Origin: Candidatus Omnitrophota bacterium
GTDB lineage: Bacteria; Omnitrophota; Gorgyraeia; Zapsychrales; Fredricksoniimonadaceae
NCBI GenBank assembly: GCA_044225175.1
Contig: JBGAJA010000001.1
Coordinates: 742,711-806,710 of the forward strand
DNA length: 64,000 nt
Direction of reading: 5' to 3'
Position numbers and translations under genes: made by a program
Notes under the pieces: model-generated
Told to the model about the DNA's origin: nothing
Databases searched by the model: none
Seen by the model: the letters and a program-made list of their open reading frames with translations, nothing else
Part shown: in pieces, positions 36,683 to 44,957 of the stretch
Position numbering within the stretch: the stretch's first letter is position 1
Layout of the letters: the number at the start of each line of letters is the position of its first letter

Positions 36683-38176
36683 TTAATGCGCCAATTCAAT
36701 CGCCCTAATCTGCGCCCGGGCTTTGTTGACTGTTTCTTGGTATTCTGTAGCTGGATTTGAGTCTGCCACCAAACCTGCTCCGGCTTGGACATAAGCTCGC
36801 CCGCGACAGACGACTATTGTACGTATAGTTATGCAAGTATCAAGGTTTTTCGAAAAACTGAAGTATCCGACCGCCCCCCCATAAGTGGCCCTTCTTTGGG
36901 CCTCTAAATCCTCAATAATCTCCATGGCACGAATTTTGGGAGCTCCGGAAAGCGTTCCAGCAGGAAATGCAGCTTGCAAGACATCTAAAGCATCTTTGTC
37001 GTCTCGGATTTGGCCTTGAACATTGCTGACAATGTGCATTACATGGGAATATTTCTCCACACTCATGAAATCCGAAATCTTGACTGTTCCCTGTTTGCAC
37101 ACACGGCCTAAATCATTGCGTCCCAAATCAACCAACATCACATGTTCAGCTTTTTCCTTAGGATCTGCTAAAAGCTCCTTTTCGAGGGCTTTGTCTTCTT
37201 CCTGGGTTTTGCCGCGATGGCGGGTCCCAGCAATTGGACGAGTCTCAACTAAGCCATCTTCACAGCGAACCAAGAGCTCTGGAGACGCTCCCACTAACTG
37301 TAAACCATCAAAATTTAGATAAAACATGTATGGAGAAGGATTTAATGCACGCAAGGCACGGTAAATATTGAATGGATCAACGGAAATTTTGGCTTCAAAA
37401 CGCTGGGATAAGACAACTTGGATAATATCGCCATCATAAATATGCTTCTTTGCCTTTACAACCATGTCTTCATACTTCTTTTGAGTACAATTGGACGTAA
37501 CTTTGAGGGATTTCTTTCCTGCCAGCTCAAGACTTTTTATGGCAATAGGCTGACGCAATTCTTTGATGAGACCATCAATCTTCTTGATTGCTTCGTTATA
37601 TTTCTTAATCTTAGTAGCCTGAGAATCACCTTTAGCTAAATGTACTGAGGAAACGACTTTGATGGTGTGATGACGATGGTCAAAGACGACCAAATCCTGA
37701 GCTAAAACCATGATCATGTCTGGAATATTCAAATCATCTTTGGCCTTAACAGGCAGACGTTCAAAGAAACGCACACAGTCATATGTTAAGAAACCAACCA
37801 TACCGCCATAAAATTTGGGTAATTGAGGGATATCAACCGCTTGATAAGCACTCATCAATTCACGGATGATTTCAAGTGGTGAAGATTGAATAGCCCTTTT
37901 TTCAGTGGTTGTCTTGCCTTTAACCACTCGAATAATTTGAGCATCTTGACCTTTAGAACGAATAATCAGCGACGGACTACGAGCTATAAAAGAGAACCGA
38001 GCGGTCTTCTCCCCGCCTTCCACAGACTCTAAGAGAAAAGAGTGCTTAGCTTTCTTAGCCAGATGCAAATAGGCAGAGGTCGGGGTCAAATAGTCCCCTA
38101 AGATTTCCTTGAAAACAGGAATCAAATTGCCCTTTTGGCTTAAATTTAGAAATTCTTCTTTTGTTAAATGATTCAT
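36683..38176 (-). CDS. Chorismate-binding enzyme: anthranilate synthase component I / aminodeoxychorismate synthase-like
   Basis: 497 aa. MLVDLGRNDLGRV and C-terminal chorismate-binding motifs (GGAVGYFS, AGAGLVADS). No adjacent amidotransferase subunit gene in the window. Confidence 0.8.
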   Translation of the reverse strand: MNHLTKEEFLNLSQKGNLIPVFKEILGDYLTPTSAYLHLAKKAKHSFLLESVEGGEKTARFSFIARSPSLIIRSKGQDAQIIRVVKGKTTTEKRAIQSSPLEIIRELMSAYQAVDIPQLPKFYGGMVGFLTYDCVRFFERLPVKAKDDLNIPDMIMVLAQDLVVFDHRHHTIKVVSSVHLAKGDSQATKIKKYNEAIKKIDGLIKELRQPIAIKSLELAGKKSLKVTSNCTQKKYEDMVVKAKKHIYDGDIIQVVLSQRFEAKISVDPFNIYRALRALNPSPYMFYLNFDGLQLVGASPELLVRCEDGLVETRPIAGTRHRGKTQEEDKALEKELLADPKEKAEHVMLVDLGRNDLGRVCKQGTVKISDFMSVEKYSHVMHIVSNVQGQIRDDKDALDVLQAAFPAGTLSGAPKIRAMEIIEDLEAQRRATYGGAVGYFSFSKNLDTCITIRTIVVCRGRAYVQAGAGLVADSNPATEYQETVNKARAQIRAIELAH

Positions 38177-38298
38177 ATTACCTTTGTAAAATTAATAATT
38201 GTCCAATCATATATTAAATCCTGCTTTTTTCAAACACTTTTGCCCCATCCTTCATTAGTCTTATAGTAGTTAATACAACCTGTATCTTTAAGACCATA

Positions 38299-38892
38299 TT
38301 ACTTATTTTGAGCAAATTTCAAAAGATTTGAATAGTCTCCAGCATCTGCTTTTCTTAAGGCATTTAAGTAAAATTCTCTTACTTTATCATTATCTTCAAC
38401 CTCTTCAATGATCCAGCTAAAAGGCTTTTGCTTAAGCACATTGGTCAACAGCATATCTGTCATCAAACGCGCATGTCTGCCATTGCCATTAGGAAATAAG
38501 TGAATCCATACTAACTTATGATGAAATCGAACAGCTATTTCATCTGCGGGATACACTTTCTCTGTGATCCAATGCTTTGTATCTTCTAATAGTAAATGTA
38601 AGGCAACTGATATTTGATTAGCCTCTACTCCAATATTCTTTCCACTTTTACGGAATTGACCGGCCCAACGCCATACTTCGCCAAACATCTTCTTATGTAA
38701 AACCTTAATGAACTTCTCAGTTAATATATCACCTTGACGATGCGTTTGCATCCAGGACAAAGCCTCATTAATATTGTCTTGTTCCCAACGATTAAGTTCT
38801 TCACGGGTTGTTATATGCTTTAACTTAAGCCCTTCTATCTCATCTGGATCGAGCGGTGTTGCTCCAGGAAGATAATCAAAACTATTTTTCAT
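38299..38892 (-). CDS. Fic/DOC family protein ('mobile mystery protein B'-like)
   Basis: 197 aa. Fic motif HLFPNGNGRHARL. Translationally coupled to an upstream HTH gene (11-nt overlap). Confidence 0.8.
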   Translation of the reverse strand: MKNSFDYLPGATPLDPDEIEGLKLKHITTREELNRWEQDNINEALSWMQTHRQGDILTEKFIKVLHKKMFGEVWRWAGQFRKSGKNIGVEANQISVALHLLLEDTKHWITEKVYPADEIAVRFHHKLVWIHLFPNGNGRHARLMTDMLLTNVLKQKPFSWIIEEVEDNDKVREFYLNALRKADAGDYSNLLKFAQNK

Positions 38893-39349
38893 CCCAAAAA
38901 TCCTTTGGCTGTTCTATTAAAATCTTTTCAATCATATCATTTAAAGCTTTTTCTTGTTCTTGTGAAGACAGCTCCTGCTTTTCCAAACGCATAGTATTGT
39001 TCAAATTCTTAAGTCTTTTTAAAACGATTTTCTTAGCTTGCTCTTTAACCATCTGTTCAAGACTTGTTTCTGAAACAAACCCGTAAACAAACTTCATATT
39101 TAGACCTTTGGCAATTTTCTCTAAAGAAGATAATTTTAGATTGCCACTTTTTTCAGCATTCTCTAATCGAGATATTCTTGATTGGTCAATGCCTACTTTC
39201 TGGCTTAATTGTCTGCTAGTCATTCCTAAGGCTTCTCTGATACCTTTAATCCATCCCTGCTGAAAAATACCTGATTCAGGCAAAACCTTTAAAGGTGCTA
39301 ATTTATTATTAAGTTGCTCACGTAACTTCTTTTGATCCCAGTATTTCAT
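38882..39349 (-). CDS. HTH (XRE-like) DNA-binding protein ('mobile mystery protein A'-like) paired with Fic
   Basis: 155 aa. HTH region MTSRQLSQKVGIDQSRISRLENAEKSG. Palindromic operator-like sites in its upstream region. Confidence 0.7.
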   Translation of the reverse strand: MKYWDQKKLREQLNNKLAPLKVLPESGIFQQGWIKGIREALGMTSRQLSQKVGIDQSRISRLENAEKSGNLKLSSLEKIAKGLNMKFVYGFVSETSLEQMVKEQAKKIVLKRLKNLNNTMRLEKQELSSQEQEKALNDMIEKILIEQPKDFWDEK

Positions 39350-39401
39350 ATTTTAGCTCCTTGTCTGCCGACAACTTATATCTTCAAACTACACCTATTT
39401 G

Positions 39402-39450
39402 ATGCTAAATATAGCATATTTTTAACGTTTGTCAATGCTATAAATAGCAT
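39402..39450. promoter_or_regulatory. Two tandem palindromic operator-like sites (ATGCTAaataTAGCAT and ATGCTAtaaaTAGCAT) upstream of the HTH/Fic operon
   Basis: Perfect 6-bp half-sites ATGCTA/TAGCAT separated by 4 nt, at 39402-39417 and 39435-39450, 33 bp apart (about three helical turns). Located 50-100 bp upstream of the HTH start. Confidence 0.5.
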
Positions 39451-39522
39451 AATTGTACATATTTTCGCAATTAATTGATTTTCTAAGGATTTATGGCAGG
39501 CAGGGATAAAAGAAAATTCTCG

Positions 39523-39882
39523 CTATAGAATCTTTCTATAAAAACAACTGCGCGCATTGGTGTGGCAGGCGGAGCCGATTTGGTCCACCTTCATTAAAAG
39601 CACATCGCAGTCGCAGTCATAATAAACTTCTTTCACATGTTGAAAATGTCCTGATGTTTCTCCTTTAACCCAATATGTCTTTCTGGAGCGAGACCAATAG
39701 GAGGCTTTTTTATTGGTTAAGGTGTCTCTTAGAGAATCGATGTTCATCCAGGCCATCATAAGGACATCGCCTGTTTTGTAATCCTGGGCAATGGCTGGGA
39801 TTAAACCTTCGGAATTGAATTTAAGTTTCTCAAGATTATCTTTGGTAATTTGAATTGTTTCAATTTCAGGATTTGAGCTCAT
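39523..39882 (-). CDS. hisI: Phosphoribosyl-AMP cyclohydrolase
   Basis: 119 aa. HisI fold motifs ([27 protein letters not shown]). 4-nt overlap with hisF. Confidence 0.85.
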   Translation of the reverse strand: MSSNPEIETIQITKDNLEKLKFNSEGLIPAIAQDYKTGDVLMMAWMNIDSLRDTLTNKKASYWSRSRKTYWVKGETSGHFQHVKEVYYDCDCDVLLMKVDQIGSACHTNARSCFYRKIL

Positions 39883-40631
39883 CGGATATTCACTTTCTTA
39901 TTTTTTAAATATTGTTTTACTTCTGGCACAGGTATTTCTCCAAAATGAAAGACTGAAGCAGCCAATGCGGCATCTGCACTGGTTTTCGTAAATACATCAT
40001 AAAAATGTTCAAGCTTTCCTGCTCCTCCTGAGGCGATAACTGGAATCGTGACTGCCTCAGAAATTGCCTTAGTTAATGCCAAATCAAAGCCATTCTTGGT
40101 GCCATCGGCATCCATGCTAGTTAGAAGAACCTCTCCTGCTCCTTTAGCCTGACCTTCTTTAGCCCAAAGTATAGCATCTTTGCCAGTTGCCGTGCGACCT
40201 CCATGGGTAAATACTTCCCAACGGTTTCCTACACGTTTAGCATCAATCGCAATCACAATACACTGAGATCCAAACATATTGGAGGCACGAAGCAATAATC
40301 CTGGTTCATTTACCGCCGCGGTATTAATAGAAACCTTATCAGCCCCTGCATTTAAAAGAGCACGGATATCCGACACATTATTAATCCCGCCACCCACCGT
40401 CAAAGGCATAAACACTTCTTCAGCTGTTTTCTGAACAACATCTAAAAAAATCTTACGCTTCTCAAAGCTAGCTGTAATATCCAAAAACACCAACTCATCT
40501 GCCCCAGCTTTATCGTAAGCCCGCGCACAATCCACCGGATCCCCCGCATCCCGAAGTTCCACAAAATTAACCCCTTTGACCACCCGGCCGTCTTTGACAT
40601 CTAAACATGGAATAATGCGTTTGTTTAACAT
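39879..40631 (-). CDS. hisF: Imidazole glycerol phosphate synthase cyclase subunit
   Basis: 250 aa. [20 protein letters not shown] is the HisF signature. Confidence 0.9.
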   Translation of the reverse strand: MLNKRIIPCLDVKDGRVVKGVNFVELRDAGDPVDCARAYDKAGADELVFLDITASFEKRKIFLDVVQKTAEEVFMPLTVGGGINNVSDIRALLNAGADKVSINTAAVNEPGLLLRASNMFGSQCIVIAIDAKRVGNRWEVFTHGGRTATGKDAILWAKEGQAKGAGEVLLTSMDADGTKNGFDLALTKAISEAVTIPVIASGGAGKLEHFYDVFTKTSADAALAASVFHFGEIPVPEVKQYLKNKKVNIR

Positions 40632-40633
40632 AA

Positions 40634-41230
40634 TTAAATATAAGACTGTTTAAATTGCATAGAATATAAAAAAAAGTACATAGAGATAACGAGCCCTAAT
40701 AACATAAATAATGTGTATTTAAATATTAATGACTCTCGATTAATAATTACAATTTTAGGATTAGATGGATTGTAATATATTTTTACCATAGAACCTTCAG
40801 GATATTTCTCTAAAGCTTCATGGGCTGAATTTCTTGTTGGATAATCAAAATGGTTCATTAAACTATTTCTTTTAAGATATTTATTGCCACTGACAGTGTA
40901 CTCAATAATAGATTCAGCGATATATGCGACACCTTCACCCCGTGACTCAACCACATTATTCTTAATAATCTTACCTTCAGTTATTGGCCATTGCCGAGTC
41001 ACAAGAATATGTCGGATACAGTACCAACACAGAGTAATATAAAATAAGCCAATTAATATAACAATCAGAGGAGAAACATACACAAATCCGAATGTTTTAA
41101 TAAACAATATGGAATTACTTAAAAAAATTAATATAAACGTAGTAATAACTAGATACAAAAGCGAATATATTATTATTTTGAACATAAACTTAATCTCCTG
41201 ACTTAACCGCTCTTTTCTGTTTTTTGTCAC
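40634..41230 (-). CDS. DUF3592-like membrane protein inserted within the his operon
   Basis: 198 aa. Two N-terminal TMs, a soluble region ([10 protein letters not shown]...YYNPSNP), and a C-terminal TM. The ORF-track start is GTG; an internal Met is possible. Confidence 0.55.
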   Translation of the reverse strand: MTKNRKERLSQEIKFMFKIIIYSLLYLVITTFILIFLSNSILFIKTFGFVYVSPLIVILIGLFYITLCWYCIRHILVTRQWPITEGKIIKNNVVESRGEGVAYIAESIIEYTVSGNKYLKRNSLMNHFDYPTRNSAHEALEKYPEGSMVKIYYNPSNPKIVIINRESLIFKYTLFMLLGLVISMYFFLYSMQFKQSYI

Positions 41231-41292
41231 CCCCGAATACTTTAATCGGGGGTCCAGGTCCTAGATTCCCGACAAAAACATTCGGGAATGAC
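41224..41292. repeat. Second-type double-hairpin palindromic element (TTGTCA...TGACAA termini), intergenic
   Basis: TTGTCA-CCCCCGA-atactttaa-TCGGGGG-tccaggtcctagat-TCCCGA-caaaaacat-TCGGGA-ATGACAA. Shares the central CCTAGAT spacer with element G1. Confidence 0.65.
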
Positions 41293-41299
41293 AAAAGTT

Positions 41300-42019
41300 T
41301 TAACTACAAAGCTTCAAAGCTTCCTTAAAGTCTAGTTTTCCCTCGTAAATAGCTTTTCCTGTGATTGCACCAGCCACACCTTTCATGGCTGCAAGCTTTC
41401 GGACATCATCGATTGTACCGATGCCTCCAGAGGCAATGAGTTTGGTTTTCTTTAAAGTGTTTAACATAGTCTCCAGCTGTTCAAAGTTTGGTCCAGCCAG
41501 GGTTCCGTCTTTGGCGATGTCGGTGTAGACCATCCATTGAACGCCTAAAGCTTCCAGCTCCAAAGCTAAGTCTGTGGCTTTGACATTGGTTGTAGACACC
41601 CAGCCTCTTTGAGCTACCATTCCATCATTGCAATCTAGGCTTACACAAATCTTCTCCCCATACAGACCTAATACTCTTTTTAAGAATGTGCGATCTTCAA
41701 TAGCACGCGTGCCAAGAATCACACGGGCCACATTGGCTTTAATTAATTCATCAATTGTTTGCTGACTTCTGATTCCACCACCAACTTCTACGGGTATCTT
41801 TACTGTCTGTGCAATTTTCTTAATGATCTCTTGATTAAACATTACTCCATCTTTAGCTCCATCTAAGTCAACCAAGTGCAGCCATTTAGCTCCAAGATCC
41901 TCCCACTTGCGGGCCATACTTAATGGATCATCAACATATTGGGTCACTTCAGAGAACTTTCCCTGAAACAATCGAACGACTTTTCCATCTTTAATATCTA
42001 TAGCAGGAATTAGAATCAT
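41300..42019 (-). CDS. hisA: ProFAR isomerase (1-(5-phosphoribosyl)-5-[(5-phosphoribosylamino)methylideneamino]imidazole-4-carboxamide isomerase)
   Basis: 239 aa. MILIPAIDIKDGKVVRL is the HisA signature. Confidence 0.9.
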   Translation of the reverse strand: MILIPAIDIKDGKVVRLFQGKFSEVTQYVDDPLSMARKWEDLGAKWLHLVDLDGAKDGVMFNQEIIKKIAQTVKIPVEVGGGIRSQQTIDELIKANVARVILGTRAIEDRTFLKRVLGLYGEKICVSLDCNDGMVAQRGWVSTTNVKATDLALELEALGVQWMVYTDIAKDGTLAGPNFEQLETMLNTLKKTKLIASGGIGTIDDVRKLAAMKGVAGAITGKAIYEGKLDFKEALKLCS

Positions 42020-42615
42020 AATTGAGCGAAATTCTTGAGGATTTGTAAGCCTACAGACTGGCTTTTCTCAGGGTGAAACTGAACCCCCCAAACATTACCT
42101 TTGACGACGGAAGAACAGTAATTAATACCGTAACTAGTGCTGCTGGCTACGATCGTTTTATCCTTAGGAATCACATAGTATGAATGACAAAAATAAACAT
42201 TTTCTCCATCTGCAATCCCTTTATAAATCGCTGCTCCAGCAGATTGAACTTGAATTTGATTCCAGCCCATATGAGGAACTTTACCTTGAGTGAATTTCTC
42301 AACAGAACCTTCTAAAACCTGAAGTCCTTGCACGGTTCCACCTTCAGTACTTTTGTCAAAAAGCAGCTGCAAACCTAAACAAATTCCTAGAAAGGGTTTA
42401 TTCTCTCTAGTCACTCGGCTAATCACATCAACCAATCCTAATTCACGTAGTCTCTGCATGGCAGGGGCCATAGCGCCAACTCCGGGCAGGACAACCTTAT
42501 CAGCCTTCAAGATTTCTTGAGCCGAAGATGTCACCGATACAATGGCACCGACCTTTTCAAAGGCCTTCTGCACACTGCGCAAATTCCCCATTCCATAGTC
42601 GATAATTGCAATCAT
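42016..42615 (-). CDS. hisH: Imidazole glycerol phosphate synthase glutaminase subunit
   Basis: 199 aa. MIAIIDYGMGNLRSV, class-I GATase catalytic Cys in GICLGLQ. Confidence 0.9.
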   Translation of the reverse strand: MIAIIDYGMGNLRSVQKAFEKVGAIVSVTSSAQEILKADKVVLPGVGAMAPAMQRLRELGLVDVISRVTRENKPFLGICLGLQLLFDKSTEGGTVQGLQVLEGSVEKFTQGKVPHMGWNQIQVQSAGAAIYKGIADGENVYFCHSYYVIPKDKTIVASSTSYGINYCSSVVKGNVWGVQFHPEKSQSVGLQILKNFAQL

Positions 42616-42657
42616 AATTGAGGATGAGTCTTGAGTTGTGGGTTATGGGTTTGGTTA

Positions 42658-43287
42658 TTAATCAATAATTCCTTTTGTAGAAGGGACTTTTCCTATACGT
42701 CTAGGATCTATAGTAGTTGCTTGATCTAAAGCAATGCCTAAAGATTTAAAAACTGTTTCAGCAATAGAATGCATATCACCTGAACCTCCAGGATTCTTAA
42801 CATTAACAATTAATGTAGCTCCTAGTTGTTTAGCAAATGATTCTAAAAAGTGTTCCAAATAACTAAATGTATACTCTCCTTGATTACTAATAGCTGGTAA
42901 ATCACCTGCTGTTTTGCCATCAAGAGTTAGATTTAAATGACCTCTGCCATTAATGTCAATAACAGAATGTCCCAAGGTCGATTCCATTGGAGCAAATGCT
43001 GAACCAAAACGTTTGATACCTGTTCGATTTTCGCCTAAGGCTTTACTAAAAGCCTTACCCAAAGCAATACCAATATCCTCATTAGTATGATGAATATCGA
43101 TGTGCGTATCGCCTTTTACTTCTATATCTAAATCAAAATATCCATGAAATGCAAATAGCTCAAGCATGTGACTTAAAAGACCATTAGGAGTTTTTATCTT
43201 TGCTTGTCCAATACCATCAATATTTATCATTCCATCAATCTGAGTCTCATTCGATTTACGTTGAATGGGAGCTTTTCTAGACTCCAT
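42658..43287 (-). CDS. hisB: Imidazoleglycerol-phosphate dehydratase
   Basis: 209 aa. IGPD motifs (DIHHTNEDIGIALG, His-rich metal sites). Confidence 0.9.
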   Translation of the reverse strand: MESRKAPIQRKSNETQIDGMINIDGIGQAKIKTPNGLLSHMLELFAFHGYFDLDIEVKGDTHIDIHHTNEDIGIALGKAFSKALGENRTGIKRFGSAFAPMESTLGHSVIDINGRGHLNLTLDGKTAGDLPAISNQGEYTFSYLEHFLESFAKQLGATLIVNVKNPGGSGDMHSIAETVFKSLGIALDQATTIDPRRIGKVPSTKGIID

Positions 43288-43288
43288 A

Positions 43289-43708
43289 TTAAATCCTTTC
43301 TTTATTTAAAGCATTATTCCAACTTTGACCTAATCTATAAATCTGTTTCCCAGCAATATCGTATTCTTTAATGAGATTATTAGCACTTTCAATATCCTGA
43401 CTATTGCAATACAAATCTCTATAACAGGACAAATGAACAATCATTTCATTACATTCTCCCATGGCATCTTTAAGATATTTCTGCCATTCTTTCGGATAAT
43501 ATTTTCTAGCATAGCCTTCCGCAATAATAGCTAAAGGTGCCTTTGAAGCTCTCCGCATTTGATCTGCTAAACCGAATCTTTCTTCTATAGGTAATTTTGT
43601 GATAATTTCTTTTGTAATAGTTATCATAGCCTTATAAAGACGCTGATAAACATCTAAATCTGAAAAAGTTCTAATCTTCTCACTCATCATACCCATTACC
43701 ATCCCCAC
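43289..43708 (-). CDS. Four-helix-bundle protein (23S rRNA intervening-sequence protein family) inserted in the his operon
   Basis: 139 aa. DLDVYQRLYKAMITITKEI...EERFGLADQMRRASKAPLAIIAEG is typical of that family. Confidence 0.65.
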   Translation of the reverse strand: MGMVMGMMSEKIRTFSDLDVYQRLYKAMITITKEIITKLPIEERFGLADQMRRASKAPLAIIAEGYARKYYPKEWQKYLKDAMGECNEMIVHLSCYRDLYCNSQDIESANNLIKEYDIAGKQIYRLGQSWNNALNKERI

Positions 43709-43730
43709 AACTCACAACCCATGAACCACC

Positions 43731-44957
43731 CTAAGACTTAAACCTCACATTGATTGAATCCGCATGTTTAACTAAACCTTCTAATTTAGCGACCATTTCC
43801 AAAGGAGCTCTCATCTTTTCCAGCGCCTTCTTTGAGTATGAAATCACATGATTTGTTTTCATAAAGCTATTTAAACCCAAACTTGAGAAGAACTTTGCTG
43901 TTCCCATGGTTGGAAGCACATGACTTGGGCCAGCGCCATAATCTCCTAATGCTGTTGGACTATAGGGCCCCAGAAACACAGCACCGGCATGCTTAATGCT
44001 TCGAGAAACACTCAAAGCATTATTGGTCATAATCTGCAAGTGTTCAGGAGCGAGTCTATTAGCAAGCTCAATCGCTTCATTCATATTCTTACAATAAATC
44101 GCATAGCCATTGTTCACACGTGAGCGCACTTGTTGAATCAAAAGCTTGGATGTACTAATTAAAATGGATATACCACCTACGTGTTCCATTTGGGCTTCAA
44201 GGTCTGCCACCACATAATCCACATTGCTATGGCGATTGGCAATAACAACAAGCTCTGTTGGGCCAGCCAGCATATCAATATCCACATATCCAAACAGCTG
44301 ACGCTTAGCTTCTGTCACAAAGATATTTCCAGGACCTACAATTTTATCCACCTTAGGAACTGTTTTTGTTCCAAGCGCTAAAGCTGCAATAGCCTGTGCA
44401 CCACCTATTTTATAAATCTCTGAAACCTTAAGAAGATTAGCCACCGCCAAAATATGAGGATTGACCCCGCCATCTTTCGTTGGAGGAGTGACAATGACAA
44501 TGCGCTTAACCCCTGCAATGATGGCAGGAACAGCTGTCATATATACTGATGAAACCAAAGGCGCTGTACCAGCTGGGATATAAATCCCGACAGAATCCAA
44601 AGGCTTAATCTCTTCTTTGAGCATAATCCCATCATGACCTTTGACTCGAGCTGGTTTCTTTAATTGTTTCTTATAGTAAGTTGAGACATTGTTGATAATT
44701 GTCTTTAAATTACCTACAAATTCTGGGGTAATGTTTTGAAAAGCACTCGAAATTTCTGACTCAGCAACCTTCAATTGTCTGGCAGTCATTTTGACATTAT
44801 CAAAGCGGCGGGTGTATTTCAAAAGCGCATCATCGCCTTTAAGACGTACATCATCAATGATCGCCCGCACCTTTTCCTCAACGCTTTTCTTTCGTGAAAA
44901 AAGGGCTCGATTGTAAAGTTTCTCAATACTTAAACCAGTCTGTTTAATCAGTTTCAT
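43731..44957 (-). CDS. hisD: Histidinol dehydrogenase
   Basis: 408 aa. HisD motifs (IYIPAGTAPL, NEAIELANRLAPEHL, LGDYGAGPSHVLPT). Confidence 0.9.
   Translation of the reverse strand: MKLIKQTGLSIEKLYNRALFSRKKSVEEKVRAIIDDVRLKGDDALLKYTRRFDNVKMTARQLKVAESEISSAFQNITPEFVGNLKTIINNVSTYYKKQLKKPARVKGHDGIMLKEEIKPLDSVGIYIPAGTAPLVSSVYMTAVPAIIAGVKRIVIVTPPTKDGGVNPHILAVANLLKVSEIYKIGGAQAIAALALGTKTVPKVDKIVGPGNIFVTEAKRQLFGYVDIDMLAGPTELVVIANRHSNVDYVVADLEAQMEHVGGISILISTSKLLIQQVRSRVNNGYAIYCKNMNEAIELANRLAPEHLQIMTNNALSVSRSIKHAGAVFLGPYSPTALGDYGAGPSHVLPTMGTAKFFSSLGLNSFMKTNHVISYSKKALEKMRAPLEMVAKLEGLVKHADSINVRFKS

Noticed and set aside
36846-36856. C7-C9 homopolymer (cgccccccc) inside the trpE-like gene as a possible phase-variation tract.
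   Set aside because: It is a single short tract in an intact housekeeping-type ORF with no other contingency-locus features. Too weak.
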